From assembly GCA_002269645.1 (NCBI GenBank), contig NIVC01002944.1:1-64000 (forward strand): a DNA stretch of 64,000 nucleotides, read 5' to 3'. The notes beneath the pieces are model-generated. The model saw only the letters and a program-made list of their open reading frames with translations, was not told where the DNA came from and ran no database searches. Shown here piece by piece: positions 29,619 to 43,544 of the stretch; position 1 is the stretch's first letter, and each line of letters begins with the position of its first letter. The translations under genes and the position numbers were made by a program. This DNA comes from Macrostomum lignano (lineage: Eukaryota).

Positions 29619-30887
29619 GGCTCAGTCCGCCGCTCCTTTCGGCGTCTTCAAAGCAGCTGTGGCAGCCGGGCCGGCCGCATTAATAATTGATTGAAATCGA
29701 TCTGGCGAGCGGCCCGGTTGTTCCACAAGCCTGACAGGCCAAGTGAGGCGTATAAGAAACAGATCCTAACAGAGTTAAAGCTTCCTTTTTTGAGTGGCCC
29801 ATCTGTCTCGGCTGGCCAGTATTGATCAGCCTGAAGGTTCGATTCCCTTTGTGGGGAGTTGCTCCCGCCAGGCTGAATCAGCTGGGCAGGTGGGGCTCGG
29901 CAGAGTTGAGCAGCTCGGCTGTCTGCTGCCGGGGTGCTCAGGGCAGTGCTCACTATTCTCACTCGGCAATTCGCCAGGCTGTCTGGGAATCTTGTCCCAA
30001 AACAGGGAGCAGCAGCAACAGGGATCGGAGATTAAGTCTCGCAAATCCCTCCGCTCTGTTTGTGGGAGGAGGGGGCAGATCGGATCCCCGCGAATTCCCC
30101 TCTGTCTGTCTGGGGATTCTCCCGATGCCATTGGGAAAACGATTTGTATATTCCTTGCCTTCCCTTCCCCCTGCTATCCCGCCCCGTGTCTCTTTCGCTC
30201 TCGATTTCCCAATCTCCGAATTGCCCCACCCAGCCCAGCTCTCTGCTTCTGCCCCCAGGAGAAGTCGCCGGAAAGCTGATTGATGACTCCCGGCCTCTTC
30301 GACTCTCTCCTCTCTCTCTCTCTCTTGCACTTTCTCTCGCCTCTGCTTTTAGTCGCTCGGCTCGCAAACTGCATAGGTAGAAGAGAGAGAGAGAAAGAGA
30401 TCAGTTCTTTCTTCACACCGCTGCCCTAACTGATAAGGAAAGCGTGAAAAGAAGGCTCGGCTTGTATAGCAGATAGACAGCGGCGCGCGGTGAGCGAGTC
30501 AGGGGGGATCAGTCGGAGTGAATGAAAATTCGGCACAGCTGTGGGGCTGCAGCATTTTTGCTGAGCTGAGAGAGTATTAGTGTGGGGACCGAGGCTTTAG
30601 CGCTCTCCGCTGGACTCTTGTCTGTTTAGTGCAGTGCTCCGCGTTTGTTCCAGCAGCTGCGCAGACCAGCGAGGACTGCCCTGGCTGCCTGCCGATCTCT
30701 CAGCCCAGCTGCCGCGCTTCTCCCCCTCCTGCCCCTCCGGCAGTCTCCCGGGCCGATTGGCCAGCAGGCGAGGGAGAGCAGCGGACGAGAGGGTCAGCCG
30801 GTCGCGGCTGTCGCGCGGACTTTTTTTTAAATAACAAGAATTCGGTTCGAATTTCGAGGCAGATCCGGACTGACTGACTGACGCGCC

Positions 30888-33800
30888 ATGTCTGCCGCTG
30901 TTTCGCCAGCTCAGCCGCCGACGCAGCAGCAGGCGACTCTCTACGCCGGCTACGACGAGGACCTGTCCGAGAATCCGTTCTTTCAGCGGCTCAAGACCGA
31001 GGCCGCCTCCATCTATAATAGCGCTGCTGCCAAGGGCTGGCTGGTGAGGCCGTGGCTGAAATTCTGTCTGGTTCAGGCTGTCTGCCTGCTGCAGGGATCT
31101 GTCTGGTTCAGGCTGTCTGCCTGCTGCAGGGATCTGTCTGGTTCAGGCTGTTCTGCCTGCTGCAGGGATCTGTCTGGTTCAGGCTGTCTGCCTGCTGCAG
31201 GGATCTGTCTGGTTCAGGCTGTCTGCCTGCTGCAGGGATCTGTCTGGTTCAGGCTGTCTGCCTGCTGCAGGGCTCTGTCTGGTTCAGGCTGTCTGCCTGC
31301 TGCAGGGATCTGTCTGGTTCAGGGTGTCTGCCTGATGCAGGGATCTGTCTGGTTCAGGCTGTCTGCCTGCTGCAGGGATCTGTCTGGTTCAGGGTTTCTG
31401 CCTGATGCAGGGATCCGTCTGGTTCAGGCTGTCTACCTGATCCAGGGATCTGTCTGGTTCAGGGTGTTCTGCCTGATGCAGGGATCTGTCTGGTTCAGGC
31501 TGTCTGCCTGCTGCAGGGATCTGTCTGGTTCAGGCTGTCTGCCTGATGCAGGGATCTGTCTGGTTATGAGTGTTTTTGTGTCTAGGTGACCGATTCCATG
31601 TGCCCGAGTGTGTCTGTTGCATTGTGTCTGAGTGTCCGATTCTGAGTGTGTACATGAATTGTTCAAGGAGTCTGGGTGTTCGTCTGTCTGACTGGTGTCT
31701 GCTTATCATTGGTTCAGATGTCTGGGTCAGTGGGTGAGGTGTCTGTGGGTCACTCTTCGTGCACCTGTCTACCTGTCGCTCCCGCCTGCCCGCCCCGCAG
31801 GTGGCCGTACCCCGGCTGGGCAGCTACGCTGAGGACTCGCCGCCGGACGAAAGTGAATTCCTCAGCCACGTCCTGGTGGCCGTGAGCGCCGACGACGGCT
31901 CGTACAAGACCCTGAAGAACCAGGTGAGGCGCTGGGCTGGGAGTCGGGGTGAGCCAGCCAAGCTTGGCGATTGGTGATACCAGGTAGGAATGCGTGACAA
32001 TCTGTGAGAAAGTGTGCAGGATTGAGTGAGCTAAGTGAGACTGAGTGTGAGAGATGGGTGAGAGTAAGTGTGAGAGATGAATGAGAGTGAGAGATGAGTG
32101 AGACTGAAAGATGAGTGAGTGTAAAAGATGAGTGAGTGTGAGAGTTGAGTGAGACTGAGAGATGAGTGAGTGTGAGAGTAAGTGTGAAAGATGAGTGAGA
32201 GTGAGAGATAAGTGAAAGTGAGATATGAGTGAGAGTGAGAGATGAGTGAGAGTGAGAGATGAGTGAGAGTGAGAGATGAGTGAGAGTGAGAGATGAGTGA
32301 GAGTGAGAGATGAGTGAGAGTGAGAGATGAGTGAGAGTGAGAGATGAGTGAGTGTGAGAAATCAGTGAGAGTGAGAGTGAGAGATGAGTGAGTGTGAGAA
32401 ATCAGTGAGAGTGAGAGTGAGAGATGAGTGAGAGTTAGAGTTTAAGATGGTCAGTGAGGCAGCCGCAAAAGTCTGTCTGAGATACGAGTACTCGATGAGC
32501 AACGGCCCGCTCGCCCCACCCGCCCGCCACATTAGCGAGTGCAGCAGGTTGGCCGCGCCCTGCGCACCGGCGAAGGCTTCGAGCACGCCAAGGAGGTGCT
32601 GATTCTATTCGACGAGCTGTTCGTGCTGGACTCGGGCAACCGGCACCGCGTGCTGTGCCTGAGCGAGCCGCTGACCGGGCCGCCCGCCGAGCCCGCCACC
32701 CCGGTGGCCGGCGGGCCGGAGCCGTGGGGCAGCGGGCCGGTGTTCACTCTGTCCAGCCTGGAAGACTGCGCCGAGCTGCTGTTCGGCCGGGCCTCCCGGG
32801 AGACGCGGCTGCGGCACCGGCTGGACTCGGCCATCGCCGCCTTCTGCCACGGGCTCGGCTGCACAGACTTTGAGAATGTGGACCAGTGCGTCCGGGCTGT
32901 GCAGGACTTGTACTCCTCCTGTCTGCACTCGGCGCTTAAGGACTCTAGGATTGTGAGTGCACTGGTTTGTGTGATCGGATCAATCAGTTCAAACTCCTTA
33001 GAGTGCTCAGACCAATATCCCAGGTGTGCTCAGACCAATATCCCAGGTGTGCTCAGACCAATATCCCAGGTGTGCTCAGACCAATATCCCAGGTGTGCTC
33101 AGACCAATATCCCAGGTGTGCTCAGACCGATATCCCAGGTGTGCTCAGACCAATATCCCAGGTGTGCTCAGACCAATATCCCAGGTGTGCTCAGACCAAT
33201 ATCCCAGGTGTGCTCAGACCAATATCCCAGGTGTGCTCAGACCAATATCCCAGGTGTGCTCAGACCGATATCCCAGGTGTGCTCAGACCAATATCCCAGG
33301 TGTGCTCAGACCAATATCCCAGGTGTGCTCAGACCAATATCCCAGGTGTGCTCAGACCAATATCCCAGGTGTGCTCAGACCAATATCCCAGGTGTGCTCA
33401 GACCAATATCCCAGGTGTGCTCAGACTAATATCCCAGGTGTGCTCAAACCAATATCCCAGATGTGCTCAGACCAATATCCCAGGTGTGCTCAGACCAATA
33501 TCCCAGGTGTGCTCAGACCAATATCCCAGGTGTGCTCAGACCAATATCCCAGGTGTGCTCAGACCAATATGCCAGGTGTGCTCAGACCAATATCCCAGGT
33601 GTGCTCAGACCAATATCCCAGGTGTGCTCAGACCAATATCCCAGGTGTGCTCAGACCAATATCCCAGGTGTGCTCAGACCAATATCCCAGGTGTGCTCAG
33701 ACCAATATGCCAGGTGTGCTCAGACCAATATCCCAGGTGTGCTCAGACCAATATCCCAGGTGTGCTCAGACCAATATCCCAGGTGTGCTCAGACCAATAT

Positions 33801-36800
33801 CCCAGGTGTGCTCAGACCAATATCCCAGGTGTGCTCAGACCAATATCCCTGCTCCGCTTGCACCTTCGCCAAGTGAACTCAAAGTTTCCCATCTATTCAG
33901 CAGGCATAATTCCAGTTCTGCTTACCTACTAGTGAGCCCTTTCTTTATTTAATTTTTGCACCTGTGCGTCGAGTTACTCGGCTTTGTCGCTGTCTGTTTA
34001 CAGCCTCTCGGGTCTGAATAAAAAACACTAAATAGAATTATTCCATTCTGGCTGCGCTCCACTGATCTTATTTACCGAGTTGGGGCTTCTTAGCTCATAC
34101 AGAACTCAGCTTTTACGGCTCAGAAAGGTGGATGCTCAAGGCATAAAGGCAGATGCTTTTGTGAGATAGGACTTGTTCCTAAATTGAATTTTCCTCATCT
34201 CTTTGCTGCATCTCAAATCAGCTGTTTTGTCAAGCAAGAATTTCCTTTCTTCAAAGCGTTCAAGTCGTGTTGAGCTTTCAGTCTGTTTGATTTAGTAGGC
34301 CACAGAATATTAACTCTGAGTAATAGTCTTGCAGGCAGCAGAATTCCGTTCTTAAAGAATTTATTTAGAAATTTCGCGTGGCACGCTTTATAATTGATTT
34401 TTAGTATAGGTGGATATCGCGAGTGTCGTGTTGAATCCAAATATCTACTCAGGCAATCCAAGCTCAGCAATAGGAAAATTGAAAGAATTCTGATCAGCAT
34501 CAATGCCAATCCGAATCAGCATAGAGGGAAATCACAATCAATATCAGCATCAGGATCAAGGGAAATCCCCATCAGTATCAAGGGAAATCCCAATCAGTAT
34601 CAAGGGAAATCCCAATTCAGCATCAAGGGAAGTCCCAATTTAGCATCAAGAGAATGCCAGTCAACTTTTGCCCCTCCCCGCAGCGCGAGCAGGTGAAGGC
34701 GAACTCGGTGTTCCTGGACTGCGTCAAGCTGGCCCTGGAGACCCTGGTGCTCAGCCGGGCCCACAGCCGCCTGTTCCCCGCGCTGCGCGACCTCTGCGAG
34801 TCCCGCGATGCCGCCATCAACCGGGCCGCCCGGCGCAGCCTCTACGGCTTGTCCCCGGCCAGTCTGGGCATCCGGCCGGCCATGGCCGACAATCTACCGA
34901 AGGCCCGACGCCAGCTGTCCGCCCTGGCCGGCCTCACCACCCCACTGGGCAAGTGCTCCTGCCTGCGCCGCGCTGTGCTCGCCCTGGCCGGCGAGACCGG
35001 ATCTTCAGCCTCGGCGTCGGCTTCAGCTTCGTCAGCGCCGATGACAGCCGACGACCTGCTGCCGTGCCTGGTGTTCCTGCTGGCCCGCTCCGAGCAGCCG
35101 GACTGGGCCGCACACATGGCCTACATGCGCCGCTTCCGGTTCGCCCGGCCGCGGAATCACGACGAGTTCGACTATTTCCTCAGCTCTCTGGAGGCCGCCA
35201 TGGATTACCTGGCCACCACCTGGGCCAGCGGGCCGCCGCCGCCGCCGCCAGCGCCAACCCGAGCGGCGGGCGTCTCAACGACGCCGACAGCCTGTGGGTG
35301 GCCGTTCGCGAAGGCGACGTGGCTCGAGCGCGCGATCTGCTGAGCCGCTGGCGCGCCTCCCGCAGCATCGAGGCCGAGCTGGCTTCTCCAGCATCCGATG
35401 AGTCGCCTCTGGGCGGCCTGCCCGCGCTCTGCCACCCGCTGTGCCGCTGCGCCAAGTGCGAGGCCGCCCTGGCCGCCGCTCGGCTGGCCCGCCTCGGTGA
35501 CGCCGAGACCGCGGCCAGCGTTGAGCAGCGGAACGAGCGGAACTGGACTCGTGAGTCCCCCGGACTGGGCAGGGAGAACTATAAGGGTCTAGAAATTCCT
35601 TGAGCTCTTCAGACACCTTCAGATTCCTGACGCTTACTGAGTTGTGGGATCTGGGGACCTTCGGATTCTTCCTTCTATTCTAACTTCGTGTGCTGAATAG
35701 CAATTTCCCTTGAGCTGCATCCTGATGAGCACTTTAGCTCGATTGGCTTTCCTTTCGACTGTCTGTTCTGAACTCCCCAGCAGCTAATTGCGCTGGCCGC
35801 ATTGCAATTAGCGCTTTTGTGGTCACGCACAGCCTCCGATCCACGTATAGGCCATAGTTTTTCATAATCCGTTTTTTGTTTCCGTTTTCTGGCAAGCCAA
35901 AAATTCCATATTCAACCAATAATTTCAAATGTTTAGAACATGCACGTGCCTAATAACACCGGAAAATCTGTCGTTTATAACTTGTTTAATGAAGATGATC
36001 AATTTTTTCAGGCGGCGATTTTTTCAATTTCCTGTTTCAATCTAACAGCTTCATCAAATTACTTGTAAATTTGTAGCTTCTAGCCTCGGGAGTGGCATGT
36101 AGATATTTAATTATTTTGTTATAACGGGATTTAGTTTCTAGGAAATACAGGTTCGGGAGTCGATGGTTTTTTTCTAGTTTTTTTTGTCCGTCTTGAATTA
36201 AATTTAATTAGAGTAGCTTTATTGCGTTCTGCTAAACAGACAACAGGTCGCAATATTGTGGAATACGAATTGCCTCTCTGTGAAGTCTGTGACCGAGTTT
36301 CCCGGTTTTTTATTGCTATCCACCCGTAATTATATATTGTCCCACTCCCGGGGGACTCTTTGTTTATCCGAGTTCGTTGGCGTTTGGCAATATTTGCGCA
36401 ATGCAGTTTATTGCTGCCAGTGCGTCTGCAACGCGAGTTAGGAAGAAGCCAAAAAATGCCGTCTAATTGGATTAGCGGTTGGCGGCTGCTTCCCAGGCTG
36501 GCAGTGGCAGCAGGCAAACCGCCAGCTCGAGCCCCAGACACATAAAATGGCTATTCGGCGCTGGCAATTCTCGAGTCAGGATGGCCGAGTGGTCTAAGGC
36601 GCTGCGTTCAGGTCGCAGTCCTCTTCTGAGGGCGTGGGTTCGAATCCCACTTCTGACAAGATTTTTTTCTCTTTTTAATTAATTTTTCTACAAAAAATTT
36701 AATTAACGCCGACATATTTGCAAAGAACGTATCAAAAATTTCTTTGTTTTCAGCATCATTTTAAGAGATTTTCCAATTTTATTCATTTTTTAGCAAAATG

Positions 36801-39328
36801 TGTATTTGAAGCCATTTTAATAAACAATTTTTTGGTGCCAGCCGATATGTTTCGAAAATTACATTATAGAGCGGGAATTTGTATATGCAAGAAAATATTG
36901 GAAATAACTTCCAATCAACTCCCACCCATGATTCACAGCGCTGCACTGCGCCGCATTCTATGGCCATCTCGAGGTCGTGCAGCTGCTGCTGGACTCCGGC
37001 GCCGACCCCTGCGCCCTGGACTTCTCAGGCGCCACCGGCCTTCACCTGGCCGCCATGAACGGCCACCACGAGGTTTGCCTGCTGCTGCTTCACAGCGGCT
37101 GCGACCTCTCGCTGCTGGACTGCGAAGGCATGGCGCCGCTGCACTACGGCGCAGACCGCGGCAGTCTGGAGGTGGCCCAGGCCCTGGCCTTCAACCCCAG
37201 CTGCAACGTGAGCATCCGCACTGCCGTCACCGAGGACACCCCGCTGCACATGGCGGCCAGGTGGAGCTACCGCCAGATCGTCGCCTTCCTGGTCTCCTGC
37301 GGCGCCGATCCGCGCACCGTCAATCGGCGCGGCCAGGCGCCGTCCGGCGTAGCCGCCAGCCCGCACGTGGTCGAACTCCTGGCCACCGCAGCGGCCAACG
37401 CCGCCAACAGCCGACGACCGAAGGCGGCTTCGCAGGCAGCGGCGACGCCAACGGTCGCTAAAAAACCCGAGGCCGAGCGGCCGCCGCGGCCGCCATCGCC
37501 GGCTCCGGTCCAGCCGAAACAGCCGACGTCGCCGCGTCGCCCTTCGTCTCTGTCGTCGTCCAGGATGTCGGCGCCGCCGCAGTCTGAGCCCGCCGGCCTC
37601 CAGCAGCAGCAGCAGCGCGTGGAGAAGATGCTCCGCGCGGCTGCCGACGGCGACATCCAGCTGGTGCGGCACTACCTCGGCCTGCCGCCTGGCGGCGCGG
37701 ACAACGAAGCCGACGAGGACGTCGACGCCGATCTGGACGGAGCGTCGTCGGCGACGGCCACCGAGGCCACGGAAGAGGCGGTGGCTCCGTCACCCAGCAG
37801 CCTGTGCCACCCGCTGTGCCAGTGCCACCGCTGCGCCCCACTGCAGACCGCCGCAGCCGCTTCCTCGCCGTTCGACGCCAGCGGCCGCAGCTCCGCCGCC
37901 CCGGCGCCGCCCGCCCTGACGGTGAATTCGGCCAGCAGCGACGGCTTCACCCTGCTGCACGTAGCCGCCATCCACGGCCACACCCGGCTGGCCGGCTTTG
38001 CGCTGGACCGCCGGGCCGCCCCGGACTGCCGCACCCGCGCCGGCGGCTTCACGCCCGTCCACTTCGCCTGCCAGCACAGCCGGCCGCAGGCGCTGCGCTT
38101 CCTGCTGCACCGGGGCTGCGACCCGGCCGCCAGGGACAACCAGGGCAACACGCCGCTGCATTTGTGCGCCATGAAGGGCCACGTGGACTGCGCCAGCGTC
38201 ATCTTGGAGGTGAGCAGACTGCTCATTGCTTTGCCTCTGCTTTATAGTACACATTGTACTTTTCCCGTTCAACCTAGACAGCCACTGTTCAATCTAGAGG
38301 CAGCCACTGTTCAATCTAGAGACAGCCACTGTTCAAACTAGAGACAGCCACTGTTCAAACTAGAGACAGCCACTGTTCAATCTAGAGACAGCCACTGTTC
38401 AATCTAGAGACAGCCACTGTTCAATCTAGAGACAGCCACTGTTCAATCTAGAGACAGCCACTGTTCAATCTAGAGACAGCCACTGTTCAATCTAGAGACA
38501 GCCACTGTTCAATCTAGAGACAGCCACTGTTCAATCTAGAGACAGCCACTGTTCAATCTAGAGACAGCCACTGTTCAATCTAGAGACAGCCACTGTTCAA
38601 ACTAGAGACAGCCACTGTTCAATCTAGAGACAGCCACTGTTCAATCTAGAGGCAGCCGCTGTTCAATTTAGACAGTTTTATCAAAATTGAGCAAAAAATG
38701 CCTATCAATTTTCGTCAGTAGTATGAATCGCGTGTTAATTTTATTTATTCCCCCCACCGCCGCCGCCCAGACCGGGCCGGCCTGGCTGGTGAACTCGGTG
38801 AACGGCCGCGGCAACAGCCCGCTGCACGAGGCTGCCCGCGGCTGCTACCCGGCCATGTGCGACCTGCTGCTGCGCCACGGCGCCACGCCCGACCAGCGCA
38901 ACCGCCAGCAGCTGGCGCCCTATCAGCTGACCGGCGATCCGCAGGTCCTCGGCATGCTGCGCCGCCGTCCGGAAGCTGCGCCAGCCTCGCCGACGCTGCG
39001 AGCACAGCTGGCAGGCGCTGCGGCTGCCGCAGACCTGGAGACCGAGGCCCGCAGCTCTTCCGGTGTGGGCCCGAGCCCGCCCTCCTCCCTGCTCGACTTC
39101 ACCCTCACGCCGTCCTCCTCGCTGCTCACCGACCAGCCGCTGCCGCCGCCGCGGTCGCAGGATGACGAATCGTCCGTGTCGGGCAACGCCGAGGACGACG
39201 GCGACGCCAATGGCGACGAGGACGGCGGCGAGAAGCGGCGCTCAGCGGCGGAGCTGTGCCGGCCGCGGCCAGCCGACTACAAGCTGACGTTCTCGTCCGA
39301 CTGCGACAGCCCGCAGCACGCGGCCTGA
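30888..39328 (+). CDS. ANKRD27: ANKRD27/VARP (VPS9 domain, two ankyrin blocks, two CHPLC zinc fingernails) with a 1-nt frameshift at ~35230
   Basis: Exons 30888-31043, 31801-31923, 32536-32952, 34684-35550, 36939-38209 and 38771-39328. Motifs YDEDLSENPFF, MTADDLLPCLVFLL...DEFDYFLSSLEAAMDYL (VPS9), LCHPLCRCAKC, EKMLRAAADGD, LCHPLCQCHRC and ankyrin repeats. The exon total of 3392 nt is one base short of an intact frame. Confidence 0.9.
31064..31565. repeat. 35-bp minisatellite, ANKRD27 intron 1
   Basis: Unit CTGTCTGGTTCAGGCTGTCTGCCTGCTGCAGGGAT. Confidence 0.93.
32030..32435. repeat. GA-rich ~17-bp repeat, ANKRD27 intron 2
   Basis: Unit GATGAGTGAGAGTGAGA. Confidence 0.85.
33002..33849. repeat. 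23-bp minisatellite (~37 copies), ANKRD27 intron 3
   Basis: Unit GTGCTCAGACCAATATCCCAGGT. Rare variants recur 138 bp (6 units) apart. Confidence 0.95.
36575..36658 (+). tRNA. tRNA-Leu (anticodon CAG) inside ANKRD27 intron 4
   Basis: GTCAGGATGGCCGAGTGGTCTAAGGCG CTGCG TT-CAG-GT CGCAG, a long variable arm, GGTTCGAATCC, acceptor stem GTCAGGA/TTCTGAC, and a T7 terminator at 36662. Confidence 0.95.
38272..38668. repeat. 22-bp minisatellite, ANKRD27 intron 5
   Basis: Unit GACAGCCACTGTTCAATCTAGA. Confidence 0.95.
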
Positions 39329-39844
39329 GTGGGGGGGGGCAGGCTGGGCTGATCTCCATCCAATCCTGCACTTCAGCGCCTTGTTTTGCATGCCATGATC
39401 GCTTATATTGTCAATAATTCGATGCTTTCACTAAGATCTACTTAGATTCTGTCCTATAAGTAGTATTTGAAACATTTTTTCTTCCTATTTACTTGGTACG
39501 CGGATAAAATTAATTTAAACGCCTAATATTGAACTTGATTACATAATGCGAGTGCTGAGCTCTCCATGCTCAGCTTGGTGTACTTATTCAGAGCTGATCA
39601 CGTGACCCTGCCATTCGATTTTAATCCTTTGTTTTATTTGCTTCTTTCAATTTCATTAGGGATGCTTTGAGTTACGTAACAGCTTGAGTTTGGGCTTACT
39701 ATTGCTCTCTCTCTCTCTCTCTCTTTGTCGTTTTCCTGACATTGCAGGCAGGGATTGTCTGCGGAACTTGTCAGACATCAGCATCTTGTCAGGACCTGGT
39801 CAGATAGTATCAATAAGCCAGGCAGTCAATATGCCGCGCTTGTC

Positions 39845-40270
39845 TGGTAATATCTGAAACTTGTCAGACGAAATCTAAAACTTGTCATACAGTATCTGGA
39901 ACTTGTCAGACGATATCTAAAACTTGTCATACAGTATCTGGAACTTGTCAGACGATATCTGGAACTTGTCAGACGATATCTGGAACTTGTCAGACTATAT
40001 CTGGAACTTGTCAGACGATATCTGGAACTTGTCAGACTATATCTGGAACTTTTCAGATGATATCTGGAACTAGTCAGACGATATCTGGAACTTGTCAGAC
40101 TATATATGGAACTTGTCAGACGATATCTAAAACTTGTCATACAGTATCTGAAACTTTTCAGACGATATCTGGAACTTGTCAGACGATATCTGGAACTTGT
40201 CAGACGATATCTGGAACTTTTCAGACGATATCCGGAACTTTTCAGACAGTATCTGGAACTTGTCAGACGC
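39845..40270. repeat. 21-bp minisatellite downstream of ANKRD27
   Basis: Unit GATATCTGGAACTTGTCAGAC. Confidence 0.92.
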
Positions 40271-41505
40271 GAAGCTCAGAAAATTGTCGAGAAATTCCAT
40301 GAGCTTAATAAAAACTGATACAAATGAACTTGTCAGACAGGAGGGATTTGCTGCTGCTTCGCCGTGTGCAGGCGGTGGCCGGTCGGCTGCCTGACTCGAT
40401 CCCATTTAACGTTGAGTTTTTCGCTCTCTTCTCTGCCTACACGCTGCAGTCATTTCAAATGCAAGCCATTTGCTTTCATTGTCTTTTTGGCCAAGTTTTT
40501 GCTCAACACCTCTGCAGGTGGCTGAGTTTGCCCCGACGAGAGCAGCGGCTTAATGCAGGCCAATTATCTGCCATGGTTTCTGAGCTGGGAATTCCCGACT
40601 GCCTGCCTGCCCGCGTTCCAAAGCGGTTGAAAAATTTCTCCAAAAATTGAATAAAGCAATGTAGAACAGCAGAAGAAAGTTGTGCCAGATTTTGTGCAGA
40701 GCCGAGCCTCTCTGCCGATCGCTCAATGTTTTCAATTGGTATTCTCGCGCGCGAGCTTGAGGAAAATTATTTCTCCGAGCAAAAGGAACACTTCTTCTTG
40801 GGTGCGAGGATCTGGGAGGGGAGGAGGGCGCGACTCGGATGGCGAAGCTGAGGCAGGAAGGGGCGGCGCCCCGGCAACAGTCATAAAAGGCCTGCGCTGC
40901 GGCGCCGGCAGAAACACGAAAGCCCTCGAGAGGAACTTGGGAGACAAGTGCTGCAAGTTAATTTGAAAAGTCTTCAATAATTTATCGCCTTTAGCAGTTT
41001 TCCTCTTCTTTTTTCTCCGTCTTTGCGAGTCGGAGGTGGCCGACTGTTAATCTGATCTCTCCCAGCCTCTCATGCGCTGCATAATTAAAATAAACTGCGA
41101 GCTCGGGCCCGGGTTTCGGTTCGGAAAAGTTTAAATTATTCACCGCCTCTCGCTGCTCATCCCAGTAGGTGTCCCCCCCGACTCTCGGCGTCTCCGCCTC
41201 CCTGCCCGCATCGGCTGGCAGAAACTTCTTGTGCACCCGGCAATTAGCGGGCCGGCACCTGCAGCTTCGACATCTCCGACAGCTTTCCGATCGGCATTGA
41301 AGAATTTATCGGGTGGGATTTCTGCGCTGCTCAGGCAGGCCGGATGTGCGCTGAGACTTCTCAAGTCTGCAGGGCCACTCATTTCTGTCACTGCTTTTGC
41401 AAGGCGTTGCTTGTGCGGGATGAGGGGCATTTCAGTGACTCGTAGGACGAGCACCACTAGTTGCTGGGACTGGGTGACGGTGTTATTAGTGACAGTCAGT
41501 GCCAG

Positions 41506-41945
41506 GAGTGACAGTTCATGCTCAGAGTGACAGTTCATGCTCAGAGTGACAGTTCATGCTCAGAGTGACAGTTCATGCTCGGAGTGACAGTTCATGCTCA
41601 GAGTGACAGTTCATGCTCAGAGTGACAGTTCATGCTAGGAGTGACAGCCCATGCTAGGAGTGACAGCCCATGCAAGGAGTGACAGTTCATGCTAGGAGTG
41701 ACAGCCCATGCAAGGAGTGACAGTCCATGCTAGGAGTGACAGCCCATGCAAGGAGTGACAGTCCATGCTAAGAGTGACAGCCCATGCAAGGAGTGACAGC
41801 CCATGCTAGGAGTGACAGTTCATGCTAGGAGTGACAGCCCATGCAAGGAGTGACAGTCCATGCTAGGAGTGACAGCCCATGCTAGGAGTGACAATTCATG
41901 CTAGGAGTGACAGCCCATGCTAGGAGTGACAGTCCATGCTAGGAT
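41506..41945. repeat. 19-bp minisatellite (degenerate tail to ~42095)
   Basis: Unit GAGTGACAGTTCATGCTCA / GAGTGACAGCCCATGCTAG. Confidence 0.9.
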
Positions 41946-43544
41946 CGTGACAGTGCCAGGGGTGACAGTCAATGCTAGGAGTGATGGTCAGTGCCAGGGG
42001 TGATGGTCAGTGCCAGGGGTGACGGTCAGTGCCAGGGGTGAGGGTCAGTGCTAGGAGTGACGGTCCATGCCAGAGGGTGACGGTCAGTGCAAGGGTGACC
42101 AATTAGCAGTCAATTAAAGCTGTGACTAAGAGGCTGGGCAGCCCAATGCCCGGGGGACTTACTCTGAATGAATGCCCTGACTCGATTTCCCATCCATTCA
42201 CTCAGGCGAAGGCTCTCGGGGGGGCAGCGCAGAGAATTCTGCAGTAAACTCGAACTCAGCTCTAAACCCCCCAGACTTATAGCGCGCTGGCTGGCTCAAG
42301 AGCTCAGCTCGAGGAAGCTGCGGATCTCACTTGATGAAGATCCGGACTTGGCGGAGGCTGGACCGGCTGGGGCTCGAGCCTGGGACCCAGATGTGATTGA
42401 AGGGCAAAAAGTGTGAAAGTTTTGCCAGCAACACTGGGAGAATCTCGCGGGCTCAGATGGGGCACTCGAGTGTGTCGGCCCCAGCCTCCCTGCGCATTGA
42501 TGCAACTTCGATCCCCTCTGAAATCCCGGACCTGAACTTTCAATACCTGGCCACGGAGCCTCGCTTCCCCTCTGCCCCCCCCCCCACCCCGGCTCGCTCA
42601 CCTCTCGCTTCCCATGGCATCGGAAGTGAGGGAGGCTCAGCGGCCCAAAGTTCAGCCAGCGCCACTCCCCAGCGGCTGAGTGGCCGCTGCAATTCAATGA
42701 GCGGCTCGGGGAGCCTCGAGCAACAGGCGCCATGCAGCAGCCCTCAGCAACTCTTTTGTGTCCACGAAATCTTCGCTACTCAGCAGCTTCCAGCCATGCC
42801 AGGCCGCTCAGATCCCGCTTTTTTCTGCAATGCAGCTGCATGACAGCCGGCTGGCAACTTGGCCCAGCCTCTCCAACCTGCTGCATCAGGAGCTGGTGCT
42901 CCGGCACAGAACAAAGCATTCGGGCTGGGAGCTGGGAATAGATTTTTGAAAGGCCTGAGTTTAGCAGACCGAACCGATGGGGCGATGCGTTCAGCCTCTT
43001 CAGGTGGTCCGGGGACAAAGCGGGGCTTGTGCGCGACCCCGGCGTGATTAGCGCAGCATCACTTAGGGAGCCGAGCGGCTGAGACTCCTGCCCGAAAAAA
43101 CTGTTCCGCTCTGCTTTCTGTCTGAGTCAAAACTCCAGCAGTAGCTTTTTTATCCCCGGGAGAGGCTTTTAAAACAAAACAAAATGCGAAAGAGAAAAGA
43201 GGCCCCACTTAAGCTCGCATCACTCTGGGGATAATAATAACTGAGTGGAATTTCAAAAGCGGAATTGAACTGCAGTCACTTTAGAGACGCGCCATCATCC
43301 TCCCCCAGTCTCCGCTATTGAGAGCAGATACTCACAGCTTAGCGTTACCGAGCTGTCTTCTTGATTGCGTCCGCCACCTCCGCGACTGCGCAGCCGTGCA
43401 GGCAGGCAGCGCCTCTGAGTGACTGCGGGCTGCATAACTTGCAGCACCGCTGCCTTCGTGCTGCGCCAGGTTGAATTCGACTTTGACCAGCTCCGCCAGC
43501 TGCTGTGGTGCTGGTGGGAGAGCCGCCTTATCTGCGCTGACTAC

